Positions 9,700 through 19,890 of a stretch of DNA of 64,000 bases are shown one piece after another (the first letter of the stretch is position 1; each line of letters starts with the position of its first letter). The notes beneath the pieces were generated by a model, which ran no database searches, was not told the origin of the DNA, and saw only the letters and a list, made by a program, of their open reading frames with translations. Made by a program: the position numbers and the translations under genes. Source of the DNA: Candidatus Rariloculaceae bacterium (GTDB lineage: Bacteria > Pseudomonadota > Gammaproteobacteria > Steroidobacterales > Rariloculaceae); the NCBI GenBank assembly GCA_965205045.1, contig OZ242031.1, forward strand, positions 934,124 through 998,123, read 5' to 3'.

Positions 9700-10587
9700 A
9701 TGACCGTTCGCGATGAAGCAGATCTGACGCGCGCGGTGCTTCGGGTGATGGAGCGCACCGGGGACCCGCGGTTGCGCGAGATCATGGTCTCCCTGATCCG
9801 GCATCTGCATGGCTTCGTTCGCGATGTCGGGCTCACCGAAGAGGAATTCGAGGCGGCCGCGGCGCTGCTCAATGAGCTCGGCCAACAGCAGACGGATACC
9901 AACAACGAGGTCGTGCTGATGGCCGGGTCCCTGGGCGTGTCCTCGCTGGTCTGCCTGCTGAACACCGGCGATCAAACGGAGACCAGCCGGTCGATGCTGG
10001 GGCCGTTCTGGCGCCTGAATTCGCCCCCCACCGAGAATGGCGGCTCCATCGTGCGCTCGCCGACGCCCGGGCCCAGGGTGCTTGTGGAACTGCGCTACGA
10101 GGACACGAAGGGCGCGCCGATCGCCGGTATCGAGGTCGATGTCTGGCACGCGTCCACGGTGGGCTTGTACGAGAGCCAAGACGCCGAGCAGGCGGACATG
10201 AATCTCCGCGGCAAGTTCACCACGGATGCCGACGGGTGCATCCGGTTCGTATCCGTCAAGCCGGCGGGGTATCCGATTCCCACTGACGGGCTGGTCGGCA
10301 AGCTGCTGTCGGCCCAGGGCCGCCACCCGTTCCGGCCGGCGCATCTCCACGCCCTGGCCCGCAAGCAGGGTTACAAGACGCTGATATCGCAGATTTATTC
10401 GGCCGACGACCCCAGGCTGGACGACGATGTCCAATTCGGTGTCACGGCCTCGCTGATCGGCCATTACCGGCGCCACGACGAACCGCATCCCGACGACAGC
10501 TCGATAGAGCCGCCCTGGTATACCCTCGAACACAGGTTGACCATGGAACGCGGGAAGTCGCGGCTGCCCCGGCCGCCGATCAGGTAA
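9700..10587 (+). CDS. Intradiol ring-cleavage dioxygenase (catechol/hydroxyquinol 1,2-dioxygenase family)
   Basis: LGPFW, VDVWHASTVGLYE, NLRGKFTTDADG, GYPIPTDG, RPAHLH iron-ligand motifs. Confidence 0.9.
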   Translation: MTVRDEADLTRAVLRVMERTGDPRLREIMVSLIRHLHGFVRDVGLTEEEFEAAAALLNELGQQQTDTNNEVVLMAGSLGVSSLVCLLNTGDQTETSRSMLGPFWRLNSPPTENGGSIVRSPTPGPRVLVELRYEDTKGAPIAGIEVDVWHASTVGLYESQDAEQADMNLRGKFTTDADGCIRFVSVKPAGYPIPTDGLVGKLLSAQGRHPFRPAHLHALARKQGYKTLISQIYSADDPRLDDDVQFGVTASLIGHYRRHDEPHPDDSSIEPPWYTLEHRLTMERGKSRLPRPPIR

Positions 10588-10610
10588 CGCGCCCCCGTCG
10601 GCCACCAGGC

Positions 10611-10699
10611 GCCGGCGCCGCCGGTGCCGGGGGACTCGGAATTCGGGCGGCCGGCGCTCCGGCGCGATGTGGCCGGCGCCGCTCGTGCCGGGGGACTCG
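10611..10699. repeat. Pair of 28-bp direct repeats between convergent genes
   Basis: GCCGGCGCCGCCGGTGCCGGGGGACTCG at 10611 and GCCGGCGCCGCTCGTGCCGGGGGACTCG at 10672 (2 mismatches). Confidence 0.7.
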
Positions 10700-10733
10700 T
10701 GGCCGCCCAGGCAGCCTGCGTCGTCGCCGGTCG

Positions 10734-11642
10734 TCAGTCGCCCCCCGAAGGAAGCACGAGGTCGTCGCCGAGCAGTCCTTCCGTGGCGTAGCGGCTCAGC
10801 AGGCGGTCGTCGTGGGAAGGTACGAGCACCAGCCCCTGCTCCGCCACGCCCCGCAGCCAGACGAGTTGCGACATCAGCGTTTCCGGATCCTCGCCGATGC
10901 GCTCAATGGTTTCCGCGGGACGGAGCTTCAGCTCGGTGACGTTTTCCAGCAGCCAGCCGACGTCGCCGATAAACAGAAACTCGGTCCCCCCGGCCGCACG
11001 GACATAGATCATCTGGTGCCCCGGCGTATGGCCGGGAGCGCTGATCAGCACCACGCCGGGCGCCACCGGAAGGTACAGCCGGTAGTCCACGACCAGGTAG
11101 TCCCGCGCCTGCTGTTCCGTGATCCCGATTTCCGGCAGTTGCGGGGCCGTGGTCAGCGTGCGGACCTGCGTTTCGGTCAGGATGGACTTGGCGGCAAGGG
11201 AGTCGCGGTTGGGGCTGCGCAGGATGCCGGCGATATGGTCGCCATGTTCGTGGGTGACGACGATCAGGTTGGCGGCCAGCAATGCGGCCTGAACCCGGTC
11301 GTTACGCTCCGGCCAATAGGGCTCGTCGCGGCCGAACCCGTAGAACCGGTGGACGACCTCGTCCATGCCGGCGTCGATCATCAGGCTGCCGTTCGGGTAG
11401 ATGACCTGAAAGGCGGTGCGTGCCGAAACGAACGGTTCATCCGTCCCGCCCTGGATGACCGCGGAAAACGTGCGATGGCTCTCGGCAAACTTGATGAAGT
11501 TGATGGACTCCGGCAGTGCCCCCGGAATATCGTCCGCCGCCTGGCGAACGCGTTCCAGCAGGTCCTCCGGATAGCCGGAAACCTGGCCGTGAAGGGGTAC
11601 GGCGAAGACGGCCGCCGGCACGGCCGCGCAGAGTGTCTTCAT
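10734..11642 (-). CDS. Secreted metallo-beta-lactamase fold hydrolase
   Basis: THEHGDH, PGHTPGH, GD and PSHD motifs; signal-peptide-like N-terminus. Confidence 0.85.
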   Translation of the reverse strand: MKTLCAAVPAAVFAVPLHGQVSGYPEDLLERVRQAADDIPGALPESINFIKFAESHRTFSAVIQGGTDEPFVSARTAFQVIYPNGSLMIDAGMDEVVHRFYGFGRDEPYWPERNDRVQAALLAANLIVVTHEHGDHIAGILRSPNRDSLAAKSILTETQVRTLTTAPQLPEIGITEQQARDYLVVDYRLYLPVAPGVVLISAPGHTPGHQMIYVRAAGGTEFLFIGDVGWLLENVTELKLRPAETIERIGEDPETLMSQLVWLRGVAEQGLVLVPSHDDRLLSRYATEGLLGDDLVLPSGGD

Positions 11643-11749
11643 CGCTTGGGCGATGGAGCGCAGCGGAACTCCTACCACGGGTTGAAATGACAGGAACCGA
11701 TGGAACGGGACTCCGGTGCCTTATCCAACCGATACATTCGGATCCGGCG

Positions 11750-12262
11750 TTAGGGTTGCGCTTCGGCAAGCATGAAGTCCAGCGCGTCGAGAATCTCCCC
11801 GTCGCTGAGGTCCGTTCGTCCGCCCTTGGGCGGCATGATGCCCATCTCGCCCTGGTAGCCGTTGATCACCCGTTCGATGAGCAATTCCTGTCCTTGGGCG
11901 ATCCGGGGCGCCCAGGCCTGCACATCGCCGAACACGGGCGCGCCGCCGACGCCGGGGGCGGCGTGGCAGAGGTAGCAGTTCTCGTTGTAGACCTGTGGCC
12001 CCGACATGGGCGCGCTCACGCTGTCCACGACCGTATGCACGACGGGCCGAACGCCAACGTCCGGGTCGCCGATCAGCGCGACGCGGCCGATGGGGCGGAT
12101 TCGGTCATCGGTGGCGCCGATGAAGTCGGGGTCGTCGAACCGGCCGGCGGCGCCGGCGCCCGCCGAAAACGCCTTCATGAAGACGACGCCGAACAGCACG
12201 CCCACGAAGAGGCCGAGGATCAGCATGAAGCCGTCGTAAAAGCGTTGACTCCTGGAAGACAA
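11750..12262 (-). CDS. Cytochrome c5 family protein
   Basis: N-terminal TM helix, RIRPIGRV, heme motif CYLCH, MPPKGG. Confidence 0.9.
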   Translation of the reverse strand: MSSRSQRFYDGFMLILGLFVGVLFGVVFMKAFSAGAGAAGRFDDPDFIGATDDRIRPIGRVALIGDPDVGVRPVVHTVVDSVSAPMSGPQVYNENCYLCHAAPGVGGAPVFGDVQAWAPRIAQGQELLIERVINGYQGEMGIMPPKGGRTDLSDGEILDALDFMLAEAQP

Positions 12263-12313
12263 GAACGGCTCCTCGGGCGCGGGCCGCAGAGTATAGCCAT
12301 TCTCGTTGGCTCA

Positions 12314-13813
12314 TCAAAGCAGCCGGTCGAGGCACCGCAGATGGATTGCTTCGGCCACGTGTTCCGGCGCCAGCGCCTCGACGTCCGCAAGGTCCGCGAT
12401 GGTGCGCGCGACCTTCAGGACCCGGACAACGGTCCGATTGCTGAGCTGCCAGCGCCTGGCTGCCTTCATCAGCACCCGGCGCGCCTCCGGGGCGAGTGCC
12501 GCGTTCCGCCACAGTTGCCGATTCGTCAACCTTGCATTGAGCGCGCCGCTGCGCTCCAGTTGCCGCCGGCGCGCGGCGGACGCGCTGCGGGCGAGTGCCG
12601 CGCTCTCTCCCTCGCCAAGGGGCTGGACGAGTTCGTCAAAGGCGATGCAGGGGATTTCCGCTTGAATGTCGAAGCGGTCCAAGAGCGGTCCGGAAAGTCT
12701 CGACCGGTAGTGCTCGATGCGCGATTCCGAGCACCGGCAGCGGCCCGTGCCGTCCCCCCGATAGCCGCAAGGGCAGGGATTCATGGCCGCCACAAGCTGA
12801 AACTCACAGGGAAAGCGGACGCGGCGGCCGCTTCGCGAGATGGTCACCGAGCTGTTCTCCAGCGGCTCGCGCATCGCCTCCAGCGCGCGGCGCGGGAATT
12901 CCGGCAATTCATCCAGGAACAGCACGCCGAGGTGGGCGAGAGAAACCTCGCCGGGCTTCGGGCGGGCTCCCCCGCCCACCAGCGCCGCCGCGGACGCCGT
13001 GTGGTGTGGATTGCGGAAGGGCCGCTCGGCGCGGAGCGCCGGTTCCACCGGGACGCCGGCGACGGATGCGATGCTCGCCACGCAAAGGATGTCGTCGGCC
13101 GACAGGCGGGGCAACAGCGTGATGAGCCGCTGGGCCAGCATGCTCTTGCCGCTGCCCGGCGGGCCCAGCATCAGCAGATGATGCGCTCCCGCCGCGGCGA
13201 CGAGCAGGGCGCGTTTGGCTTCGCTGTGTCCACGCACTTCCGACAGATCCACGGCGAATGGCTGCGCGGGTTGAAGCGCCGACGGCTCCAACCGCTGCAG
13301 CGGAACCTCGCCATTGAGATGCTTCACCACCTGCATGAGATGCGGGGCGGGGTAAACGCGGGCATCCTCCACAAGAGCCGCCTCGGTCGCGTTGCCCGCC
13401 GGCACGATCATCGCCCGGCCCGCGTCGCGGGCCGCCAGGACCGCCGGCAGGGCGCCCAGTACGGGCCGCAGCGCTCCGCTCAACGCCAGTTCGCCGATGA
13501 ATTCGTACTCCTCCACGGGCCACTTCCAACGGTTTTCCACCTGCAGCACCCCCAGCGCGATGGGCAGGTCGAATCGGCCGCCCTCCTTGGGGATGTCCGC
13601 GGGTCCGAGGTGAACGGTGACCCGGCTCGGCGGCACCGGGTGCCCGCAGGTCTGCAGAGCCGCGCGCACCCTGTCCCGGCTCTCCCTGACGGCAGCCGCC
13701 GGGAGGCCCGCGATCGTGAAGGTGGGCAAGCCGCCCGCGACATGGACCTCGACAAGGACCTGATAGGCTTGCATGCCCATCTGGCCGCGGCTGAACAAGT
13801 GGGCGAGACCCAC
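12314..13813 (-). CDS. comM: YifB/ComM Mg-chelatase-like ATPase
   Basis: VRESRDRVRAAL, KEGGRFDLPIA, GPPGSGKS, PGEVSLAHLGVLFLDELPEF, AMNPCPCG. Confidence 0.93.
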   Translation of the reverse strand: MGLAHLFSRGQMGMQAYQVLVEVHVAGGLPTFTIAGLPAAAVRESRDRVRAALQTCGHPVPPSRVTVHLGPADIPKEGGRFDLPIALGVLQVENRWKWPVEEYEFIGELALSGALRPVLGALPAVLAARDAGRAMIVPAGNATEAALVEDARVYPAPHLMQVVKHLNGEVPLQRLEPSALQPAQPFAVDLSEVRGHSEAKRALLVAAAGAHHLLMLGPPGSGKSMLAQRLITLLPRLSADDILCVASIASVAGVPVEPALRAERPFRNPHHTASAAALVGGGARPKPGEVSLAHLGVLFLDELPEFPRRALEAMREPLENSSVTISRSGRRVRFPCEFQLVAAMNPCPCGYRGDGTGRCRCSESRIEHYRSRLSGPLLDRFDIQAEIPCIAFDELVQPLGEGESAALARSASAARRRQLERSGALNARLTNRQLWRNAALAPEARRVLMKAARRWQLSNRTVVRVLKVARTIADLADVEALAPEHVAEAIHLRCLDRLL

Positions 13814-13894
13814 GATCAGCGCGCCGGCACGGGCCTTGGCGGCCCGGAACGGAAGTCCCGCCCCGCACCGGTACCCGCGAGGCGTCCGCCCGGC

Positions 13895-14152
13895 TCAGTC
13901 GGTTGCGTCTTCCTCCATCGTTGCCAGCCGGGCCTCCAGGGCCTCGAGTTTCTCGCGGGTCCTGGCAAGCACGGCCACTTGAATGTCGAATTCTTCACGA
14001 GTAACCAGGTCCATTCGAGCCAATGCCGACTGCAGCATCGACTTGAAGTTGCGCTCCATGTCCTCGCGCATGGACTTGATGTTGCCCGGAACGGAATCCG
14101 CCAGTTTGCGGGCCAGTTCGTCCAGCTTCGGACCATTGAATCTTTCCGTCAT
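13895..14152 (-). CDS. ubiK: Ubiquinone biosynthesis accessory factor UbiK (YqiC/BMFP)
   Basis: MDLVTREEFDIQVAVLARTREKLEALEARL; usual position upstream of yifB. Confidence 0.92.
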   Translation of the reverse strand: MTERFNGPKLDELARKLADSVPGNIKSMREDMERNFKSMLQSALARMDLVTREEFDIQVAVLARTREKLEALEARLATMEEDATD

Positions 14153-14317
14153 TGCCTTCCCGTATGGTTATCGAACAGGCGCGCCCGTGGGAGGGGCATT
14201 TCTCGCCAATCCTCGTGGAAATGCCCCCTATGATACTCTCGCTTTCAGGGTTACGTTGCCCGGTCGAGAGCCTGGGGCAAGAGGTTGTCCGGATTCACCA
14301 ATGACGCTTCGCCACGC

Positions 14318-15544
14318 ATGAACGACAAGGATTCAACAGAGCAAGCCGGCGAAGTCGAGGCGCCGGCACCGAAACCGTCCCCAAAGCCGGCCGCGGAAAC
14401 TCCGCTACCGGAACCGCCACCGCCGGAGACCCCGCCGCCGCAAAGCCCGCCGCCGGAAGCCCCGCCGCCGGAAGCCCCGCCGCCAAAGCCCGCCGCAGAA
14501 TCATCGCAGCCGCTGCCTGTGCCCAGGCCGCGCGGCCGGAAGGGACTGTGGTTCACGCTTTTGCTGGCCATCGGCGTTTCGCTGGCCGCCGCCGCCGCCA
14601 GCGGCCTGTTGTGGTGGCAGCAGAGGCAGCTCGAGGCGGCGCTGGCGCAGGGGGACAGCGCGGCCGCCCTGTCGGTGGATGAGATTCGCGCCGCCATCGA
14701 GTCCCTCGGCGAGGGCGTCGGCACGCTGCAGCGGTCGGATGCCGCCCAGCTTGAAACGTCGGCCCGAGTCAGCGCCAATGTGGACGAATTGTCGGTCCGC
14801 TACGAGGCGCTGGAGTCTCGTGTCAACGACTTTCAGGGCGTCACGGGCGATGCCCGGCGCCGCTGGCTGCTGGCCGAGGCGGAGCATTATCTGAACCTCG
14901 GCGCTGCGGAACTCGCGCTCGGCGGGCATTGGGAAACTGCGATCATCGCGCTCGAACTTGCCGATGACGCGCTACGGCAGCTCGCCGACCCGGCGCTTGC
15001 GCGGGTGCGTCAACAGATATCCGAGGACCTGCAGACCCTGCAAAGCGCCGAACTGGCCGATGTGGAAGGCATGAGCTACACGCTCGGCCGCCTGGCCGCC
15101 CGCGTGGACGAATTGCCCATGGGCGCCGCGGTGCCGGCCAACCTGATCGCCGAACCGGATGGGTTGGAGAACGTGGAATCCGGCTGGAACCGGGTCTGGC
15201 TCAGTATCCGGGGGGCGATTTCCGGCATGATCAGCGTGGAGCGCAGCGACGCGGCGGAGTCGCCCGCGCTGACCGCGCGCGAGCAGTCGCTGCTGCGCCG
15301 GCAACTGGAGCTGGAACTGGAAATGGCGCGCCTCGGCCTGCTGCGCAACCAGACCCAGGTCTTCCGCGCCGGCGTGGAAACGGCCCGGGATCTGTTGACC
15401 CGGCACTTCGCTGGTTCGGAACAGGCCGTGCAGAGCGCCGTCACGCTCCTTGAGGACATGGCGCAACTGGACATCGAGCCCGAACGTCCCGATATCAGCG
15501 GCTCGCTGAGCCTGTTGCGCGAACTGGCAGCCAGAGACGGCTGA
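14318..15544 (+). CDS. hemX: HemX family protein with Pro-rich repeated N-terminus
   Basis: TM helix, coiled coil, WLLAEAEHYL...ALELADDAL; directly upstream of hemY. Confidence 0.85.
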   Translation: MNDKDSTEQAGEVEAPAPKPSPKPAAETPLPEPPPPETPPPQSPPPEAPPPEAPPPKPAAESSQPLPVPRPRGRKGLWFTLLLAIGVSLAAAAASGLLWWQQRQLEAALAQGDSAAALSVDEIRAAIESLGEGVGTLQRSDAAQLETSARVSANVDELSVRYEALESRVNDFQGVTGDARRRWLLAEAEHYLNLGAAELALGGHWETAIIALELADDALRQLADPALARVRQQISEDLQTLQSAELADVEGMSYTLGRLAARVDELPMGAAVPANLIAEPDGLENVESGWNRVWLSIRGAISGMISVERSDAAESPALTAREQSLLRRQLELELEMARLGLLRNQTQVFRAGVETARDLLTRHFAGSEQAVQSAVTLLEDMAQLDIEPERPDISGSLSLLRELAARDG

Positions 15545-16770
15545 TGCGCGCCGGGTTCTGGGGCATTGCCGCCGTCTTCGTCGGCGCCTTTGCCGCACAT
15601 TTCCTGCTCCGCGACCGCGGCTACGTATTGGTCAACTTCCTCGGTTACGTCATCGAAATGTCGGTACCGGTGCTGGTGCTGGTGCTGATGGGCGCGTACT
15701 TTGCCGTGCGCCTGTTGTTGGCGGTGTGGCGCGCGCCGCGCCGGTTGGGCGAAGTCGTGGCCGAGCGGCGCCTGATGCGCGCCGGGGAAAAACTGACGAA
15801 GGGCCTGATCCACATGGCCGAGGGCGACTGGTCGAAGGGCGAGCGCCTGCTGGCGCGCAGCGTGCGGGGCACGGACTCGCCGCTCATCCACTATCTCATG
15901 GCCGCGCGGGCGGCCCAGTTGCAGGGTTCCGACGAGCGCCGCGACGACTGGTTGAAGCTCGCCTACGAGGAAATGCCGGAAGCGGAGACGGCGGTGCTGC
16001 TCACCCAGGCGGAACTGCAACTGGAGCACTCCGATTACGAGCGGGCGCTGGCGACGCTGCAACGCATCCAGGAAGCCCACCCGGATCATCCGGTGGCGCT
16101 GGCGCTGTTGGCCCGGATCCATCACGCACTGGAGGATTGGGATCGGCTCCTGGCGCTGGGCCCGCAATTGGCGGACGCGCAGATGGATTCCGACGAACTG
16201 GAAGGCATTGTCGCCTCGGCGCTGGAAGCGTGTACCACGGGAGAAGGCGTCACCCGCGTGGACGTGGACCGTCTGTGGGGGCGCTTGCCGGCGGCGTTGC
16301 GCAAGGCGCCGCGGCTGATCGCGCAGCAGGGGATTGCGCTCAACGCGTTGGGGCAGGGTGAGGAGGCGGAGAAGAAAATACGCCAGGCGCTGAAGCGTGG
16401 CTGGGAGGAGAGCCTGGCGCTCGCGTACGGGCGGGTACGCGGCGCCAAGGCGGACAAGCAGCTTCGGCAGGCGGAGGACTGGCTCAAGGACCGGCCGGAG
16501 GACCCGGCGCTGCTATTGACGGCGGCGCGGCTGTGCATGGTGCTGGAGTTGTGGGGCAAGGCCCGCAGCTATCTCGAAACCAGCCTCGCGATCGACCCGC
16601 GGACCGATGCTTACGCGCTTTACGGGCGCCTGCTGGATCAATTCGGGGAAGCGGATAACGCGGCGTTGGCGTTTCGTTCGGGGTTGCGCCTGGTGGTGGG
16701 GGCGGCCGACGATCTGCCGGCCTTGGATGGCCCTGACGCGATGGGACGAGCCAGGCGGGAGAATCGTTAG
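15544..16770 (+). CDS. hemY: HemY family TPR protein
   Basis: DRGYVLVNFLGYVIEMS N-terminus, TPR helices, LWGKARSYLE. Confidence 0.9.
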   Translation: MRAGFWGIAAVFVGAFAAHFLLRDRGYVLVNFLGYVIEMSVPVLVLVLMGAYFAVRLLLAVWRAPRRLGEVVAERRLMRAGEKLTKGLIHMAEGDWSKGERLLARSVRGTDSPLIHYLMAARAAQLQGSDERRDDWLKLAYEEMPEAETAVLLTQAELQLEHSDYERALATLQRIQEAHPDHPVALALLARIHHALEDWDRLLALGPQLADAQMDSDELEGIVASALEACTTGEGVTRVDVDRLWGRLPAALRKAPRLIAQQGIALNALGQGEEAEKKIRQALKRGWEESLALAYGRVRGAKADKQLRQAEDWLKDRPEDPALLLTAARLCMVLELWGKARSYLETSLAIDPRTDAYALYGRLLDQFGEADNAALAFRSGLRLVVGAADDLPALDGPDAMGRARRENR

Positions 16771-16797
16771 TTGGATTTTTTGTTTTGATCCGGCGGC

Positions 16798-16941
16798 GCG
16801 TGGGCTGGCGCGGACAGACCTTGCGCGCTTAACCAAGCCCGCCATCCATGGCGGGCCTGGATCGGCGTTCGGCGCTCCTGCCATCCCTGGCTCCGCGCCG
16901 AACACACGACGCGCGCGAGGTCTGTCCGCGCCAGCCCACGC
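16798..16941. repeat. 144-bp structured inverted-repeat element (MITE/REP-like) between convergent hemY and ubiD
   Basis: 31-bp terminal inverted repeats (16798-16828 / 16911-16941, one mismatch) enclosing two internal hairpins. Confidence 0.85.
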
Positions 16942-16948
16942 TCGTTGG

Positions 16949-18445
16949 TTAATCGAGGGCCAGGTCGCTCCATAGTTGGTCTACGCGTTCGATGACTTCG
17001 GGGGTCATGTGGATGGGCTTCCCCCAGTCGCGTTGGGTTTCGCCGGGCCACTTGTTGGTGGCGTCGAAGCCCATTTTCGAGCCCAGACCGGCGACGGGTG
17101 AGGCGAAGTCGAGGTAGTCCATGGGGGTTGACTCGGCGATGTGGGTGTCCCGGGCGGGGTCCATGCGGGTGCTGACGGCCCAGATGACGTCGGGCCAGTT
17201 GCGTGCGTCGATGTCGTCGTCCACGACGATGACCAGTTTGGTGTAGGTGAACTGGCGCAGGTAGGACCAGATGCCGAACATGATGCGGCGGGCGTGCCCG
17301 GGATACTGCTTGCGGATGCTGACCACGGCGACCCGGTAGGAGCAGGCTTCGCTGGGGAGGTAGAAATCCTCGATTTCGGGGAACTGGGTCTTGAGGATGG
17401 GTACGAAGACGTCGTTGAGCGCGAGGCCCAGGACGGCGGGCTCATCGGGTGGACGGCCCGTGTAGGTGGTGTGGTAGATCGGGTCGTTGCGGTGGGTGAT
17501 GCGCTCCACGGTCATCACCGGGAAGCGTTCCGCTTCGTTGTAGTAGCCGGTGTGGTCGCCGAAGGGGCCTTCCAGGGCTGTGTCGCCGGGGGCGATGTGG
17601 CCCTCCAGGGTGATCTCGGCGGTGGCCGGGACCCGGAGGTCCGAGCCGATGCACTTGACCAGTTGCGTACGTGCGCCCCGCATGAGGCCGGCGAAGGCGT
17701 ATTCCGACAGGGTGTCGGGAATCGGTGTGACCGCCGCCAGGATCGTGGCGGGGTCGGCGCCGATATTGATCGCGACCTCGAAGCGTTCCTCCGGGTGGCG
17801 AGCGCACCAGGCCTTGTAGTCGGTGGCGCCGCCCCGATGCGGCAGCCACCGCATGATGATGCGGTTGCGGCCGATCACCTGCTGGCGGTAGATGCCGACG
17901 TTCTGGCGCTTGCCCACCGCCTCGCCCGCGGGGCTGCGGGTGGTGGTCAGCCCCCAGGTGATCAGCGGACCGGCGTCACCGGGCCAGCAGGTCTGGATGG
18001 GCCAGGCGCCCAGGTCGACATCGTCTCCCTCGATCACGTTCTCCTGGCAGGGGCCCCGGCGAGCGGTGTGCGGCGCCATCTTCAGCACCTCCTTGACTAG
18101 GGGCAGCTTCTGCCAGACTTCGCCGGCGCTGCGAGGCGGTTCCGGCGCCCGGAGCGAGGCCAGCAGTTGCCCCAGCTCGCCGAACACGTCGGTGGAATCG
18201 GAGCCCAGCGCGGCGGCAATGCGGCCGGCAGTGCCGAACACGTTGCCCAACACGTGAACATCGCTGCCGGTAGGACGCGTGAACAGCAGTGCGGGACCCT
18301 CGCGCTGAAGAGTGCGTCGGCAGACCTCCGTCAATTCCAATTGCGGATCCACCGGCACGTCGACACGCCGCAGTTCGTCGCGGGTTTCGAGATGGTTCAG
18401 GAACGCCCTGAGATCCTCAAACTTGGTCTGGCTTCCGGACCACAT
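16949..18445 (-). CDS. ubiD: 4-hydroxy-3-polyprenylbenzoate decarboxylase
   Basis: [52 protein letters not shown]. Confidence 0.95.
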   Translation of the reverse strand: MWSGSQTKFEDLRAFLNHLETRDELRRVDVPVDPQLELTEVCRRTLQREGPALLFTRPTGSDVHVLGNVFGTAGRIAAALGSDSTDVFGELGQLLASLRAPEPPRSAGEVWQKLPLVKEVLKMAPHTARRGPCQENVIEGDDVDLGAWPIQTCWPGDAGPLITWGLTTTRSPAGEAVGKRQNVGIYRQQVIGRNRIIMRWLPHRGGATDYKAWCARHPEERFEVAINIGADPATILAAVTPIPDTLSEYAFAGLMRGARTQLVKCIGSDLRVPATAEITLEGHIAPGDTALEGPFGDHTGYYNEAERFPVMTVERITHRNDPIYHTTYTGRPPDEPAVLGLALNDVFVPILKTQFPEIEDFYLPSEACSYRVAVVSIRKQYPGHARRIMFGIWSYLRQFTYTKLVIVVDDDIDARNWPDVIWAVSTRMDPARDTHIAESTPMDYLDFASPVAGLGSKMGFDATNKWPGETQRDWGKPIHMTPEVIERVDQLWSDLALD

Positions 18446-18486
18446 TGCTTAGCTGCGCAGAGACACCTACCGGCACGCGCGTGGAA

Positions 18487-19674
18487 TCACGACTCGCGGC
18501 TATGCCGGGCCAAATATTCGCCTATCGACGGAATGGACAATTCGTACACATCGTCGTCGCGTTCAAGCACGCCCTTGCGCAACGCCGTCGCCAGCAACGT
18601 CCGGGATTCCTCGAATGTCATGGGCGGTTGATTGAATTGCGCCCGCCGTTCGTTAGCGGCCTCGCGCAATGTCTGTTCCACCGGGCCGAATTCGGCGGGA
18701 TCCTTCGATAGCAGCGCGGCCACGGCTGCCAGTTCCCTCCTGTGATCCGCGAGCGGGCCGCCGAGGCGTTGCCTGTAATACGCGGCGCGCCTTACCGCCG
18801 CTTCCGCCGTGACCTGCCTCAGAGAATTTGGCGTAGGCCGTGCGTGGGTCCGATGCAGTTCCGCAGCCGCCGCGCGCAAGCCAATGTTCAAGTGTTGCGG
18901 AAATCCGAGGCTGTCCCGCGCGATGCGCTTGCCCCACCGCTTCCTCGTCCGCGAGTCGAGGTCGACCCGGTACCGCTCGCACATCGCGGGGAAGGCCAGC
19001 CGGGCCTCGTCCGCGGACAAGGGGCGAAGGCGAAGGTCGCGGCCTTCCGCCAACCTGGACACGCCGGCCTGCTCCAACGAGTCCTGGGTATTGGCCAGCC
19101 CGGCCATCACGGGCAGTATCGGCCAGTCAAGCTGCGCCTCGTGCAGGCATTGCACGGTGGTCTTGTGCGTTGCGTCCAGGTTCTGCGCCTCGTCCACGGT
19201 CATGACGACCGGAGTAGCCGTTGTCGGGCGCGCCAGACCGGCCGCCGCCTCGCCCGCCGCCCCTGCCGTGGCCCGGAAGCCGAACATCCCGGCCACATCC
19301 CCGGCCAGCGTCCGGGCGATATTCGCGGCCCTGGTCCTGCGCCCCGCCGCCGCACGCAGTTCCTTGTCGATTCGGTCGCAAAGCGCCTCAAACGACAGCA
19401 GATCGGCGTGGCGCAGCCGGAACGAGGGATAGCCGGCGGCTTCCGCCCGCCTGCGGAACTCGTCCATCAATGCCGTCTTTCCCATACCGGGGCAAGCGTG
19501 AATCATTACGGTATCGCCGGTCGCATCTTCCGGCTCGGGACCGGCAGTTCGAGTTTTCTCGGCGAGCGTCAGCAACCAATCCAATTCGGTCTGGCGGCCG
19601 ACGAACAGGACGTGCCGCCGGTCATGGGTCCCGGCGAAATCCAATAAACCATCGGGGTTTCCGATTCGTCCCAT
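18487..19674 (-). CDS. Solo AAA+ ATPase, paralogue of 7421-8671
   Basis: FVGR, Walker A ACPGMGKT, Walker B MTVDEAQ, DSLGFPQHL, C-terminal IPSIGEYL. Confidence 0.8.
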   Translation of the reverse strand: MGRIGNPDGLLDFAGTHDRRHVLFVGRQTELDWLLTLAEKTRTAGPEPEDATGDTVMIHACPGMGKTALMDEFRRRAEAAGYPSFRLRHADLLSFEALCDRIDKELRAAAGRRTRAANIARTLAGDVAGMFGFRATAGAAGEAAAGLARPTTATPVVMTVDEAQNLDATHKTTVQCLHEAQLDWPILPVMAGLANTQDSLEQAGVSRLAEGRDLRLRPLSADEARLAFPAMCERYRVDLDSRTRKRWGKRIARDSLGFPQHLNIGLRAAAAELHRTHARPTPNSLRQVTAEAAVRRAAYYRQRLGGPLADHRRELAAVAALLSKDPAEFGPVEQTLREAANERRAQFNQPPMTFEESRTLLATALRKGVLERDDDVYELSIPSIGEYLARHSRES

Positions 19675-19890
19675 GACGCTCTTCGGCTGGTCGAGTGGAA
19701 GGGAAGTTTACCGCACGGGCTCCAAACGCGTTCGCGAAGCAGAAAATCGACAAGAAGGGCATCGTGCTGCTGTTCGACGAGGCAGTCCCCGGTGCCCGCC
19801 ACGCGGTCGGGATCGGCGCCCGGCGTCCTGAGATTCGCGTTCGCGTTATCGGACGTATCGTGCGGTGCCGAAATCAGGAGGAACTCCTTC

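Noticed and set aside
10611-10699. 28-bp repeats with a 33-bp spacer as a mini CRISPR array
   Set aside because: Only two imperfect copies, no resemblance to CRISPR repeat families I recognise, no AT-rich leader and no cas genes in the window.
11516-14233. 905-aa plus-strand ORF, and similar long ORFs at 6869-8503, 40656-43295, 50354-51724, 57594-59192 and 58990-61779
   Set aside because: Antisense shadows of well-supported genes, expected in high-GC DNA; no motifs.
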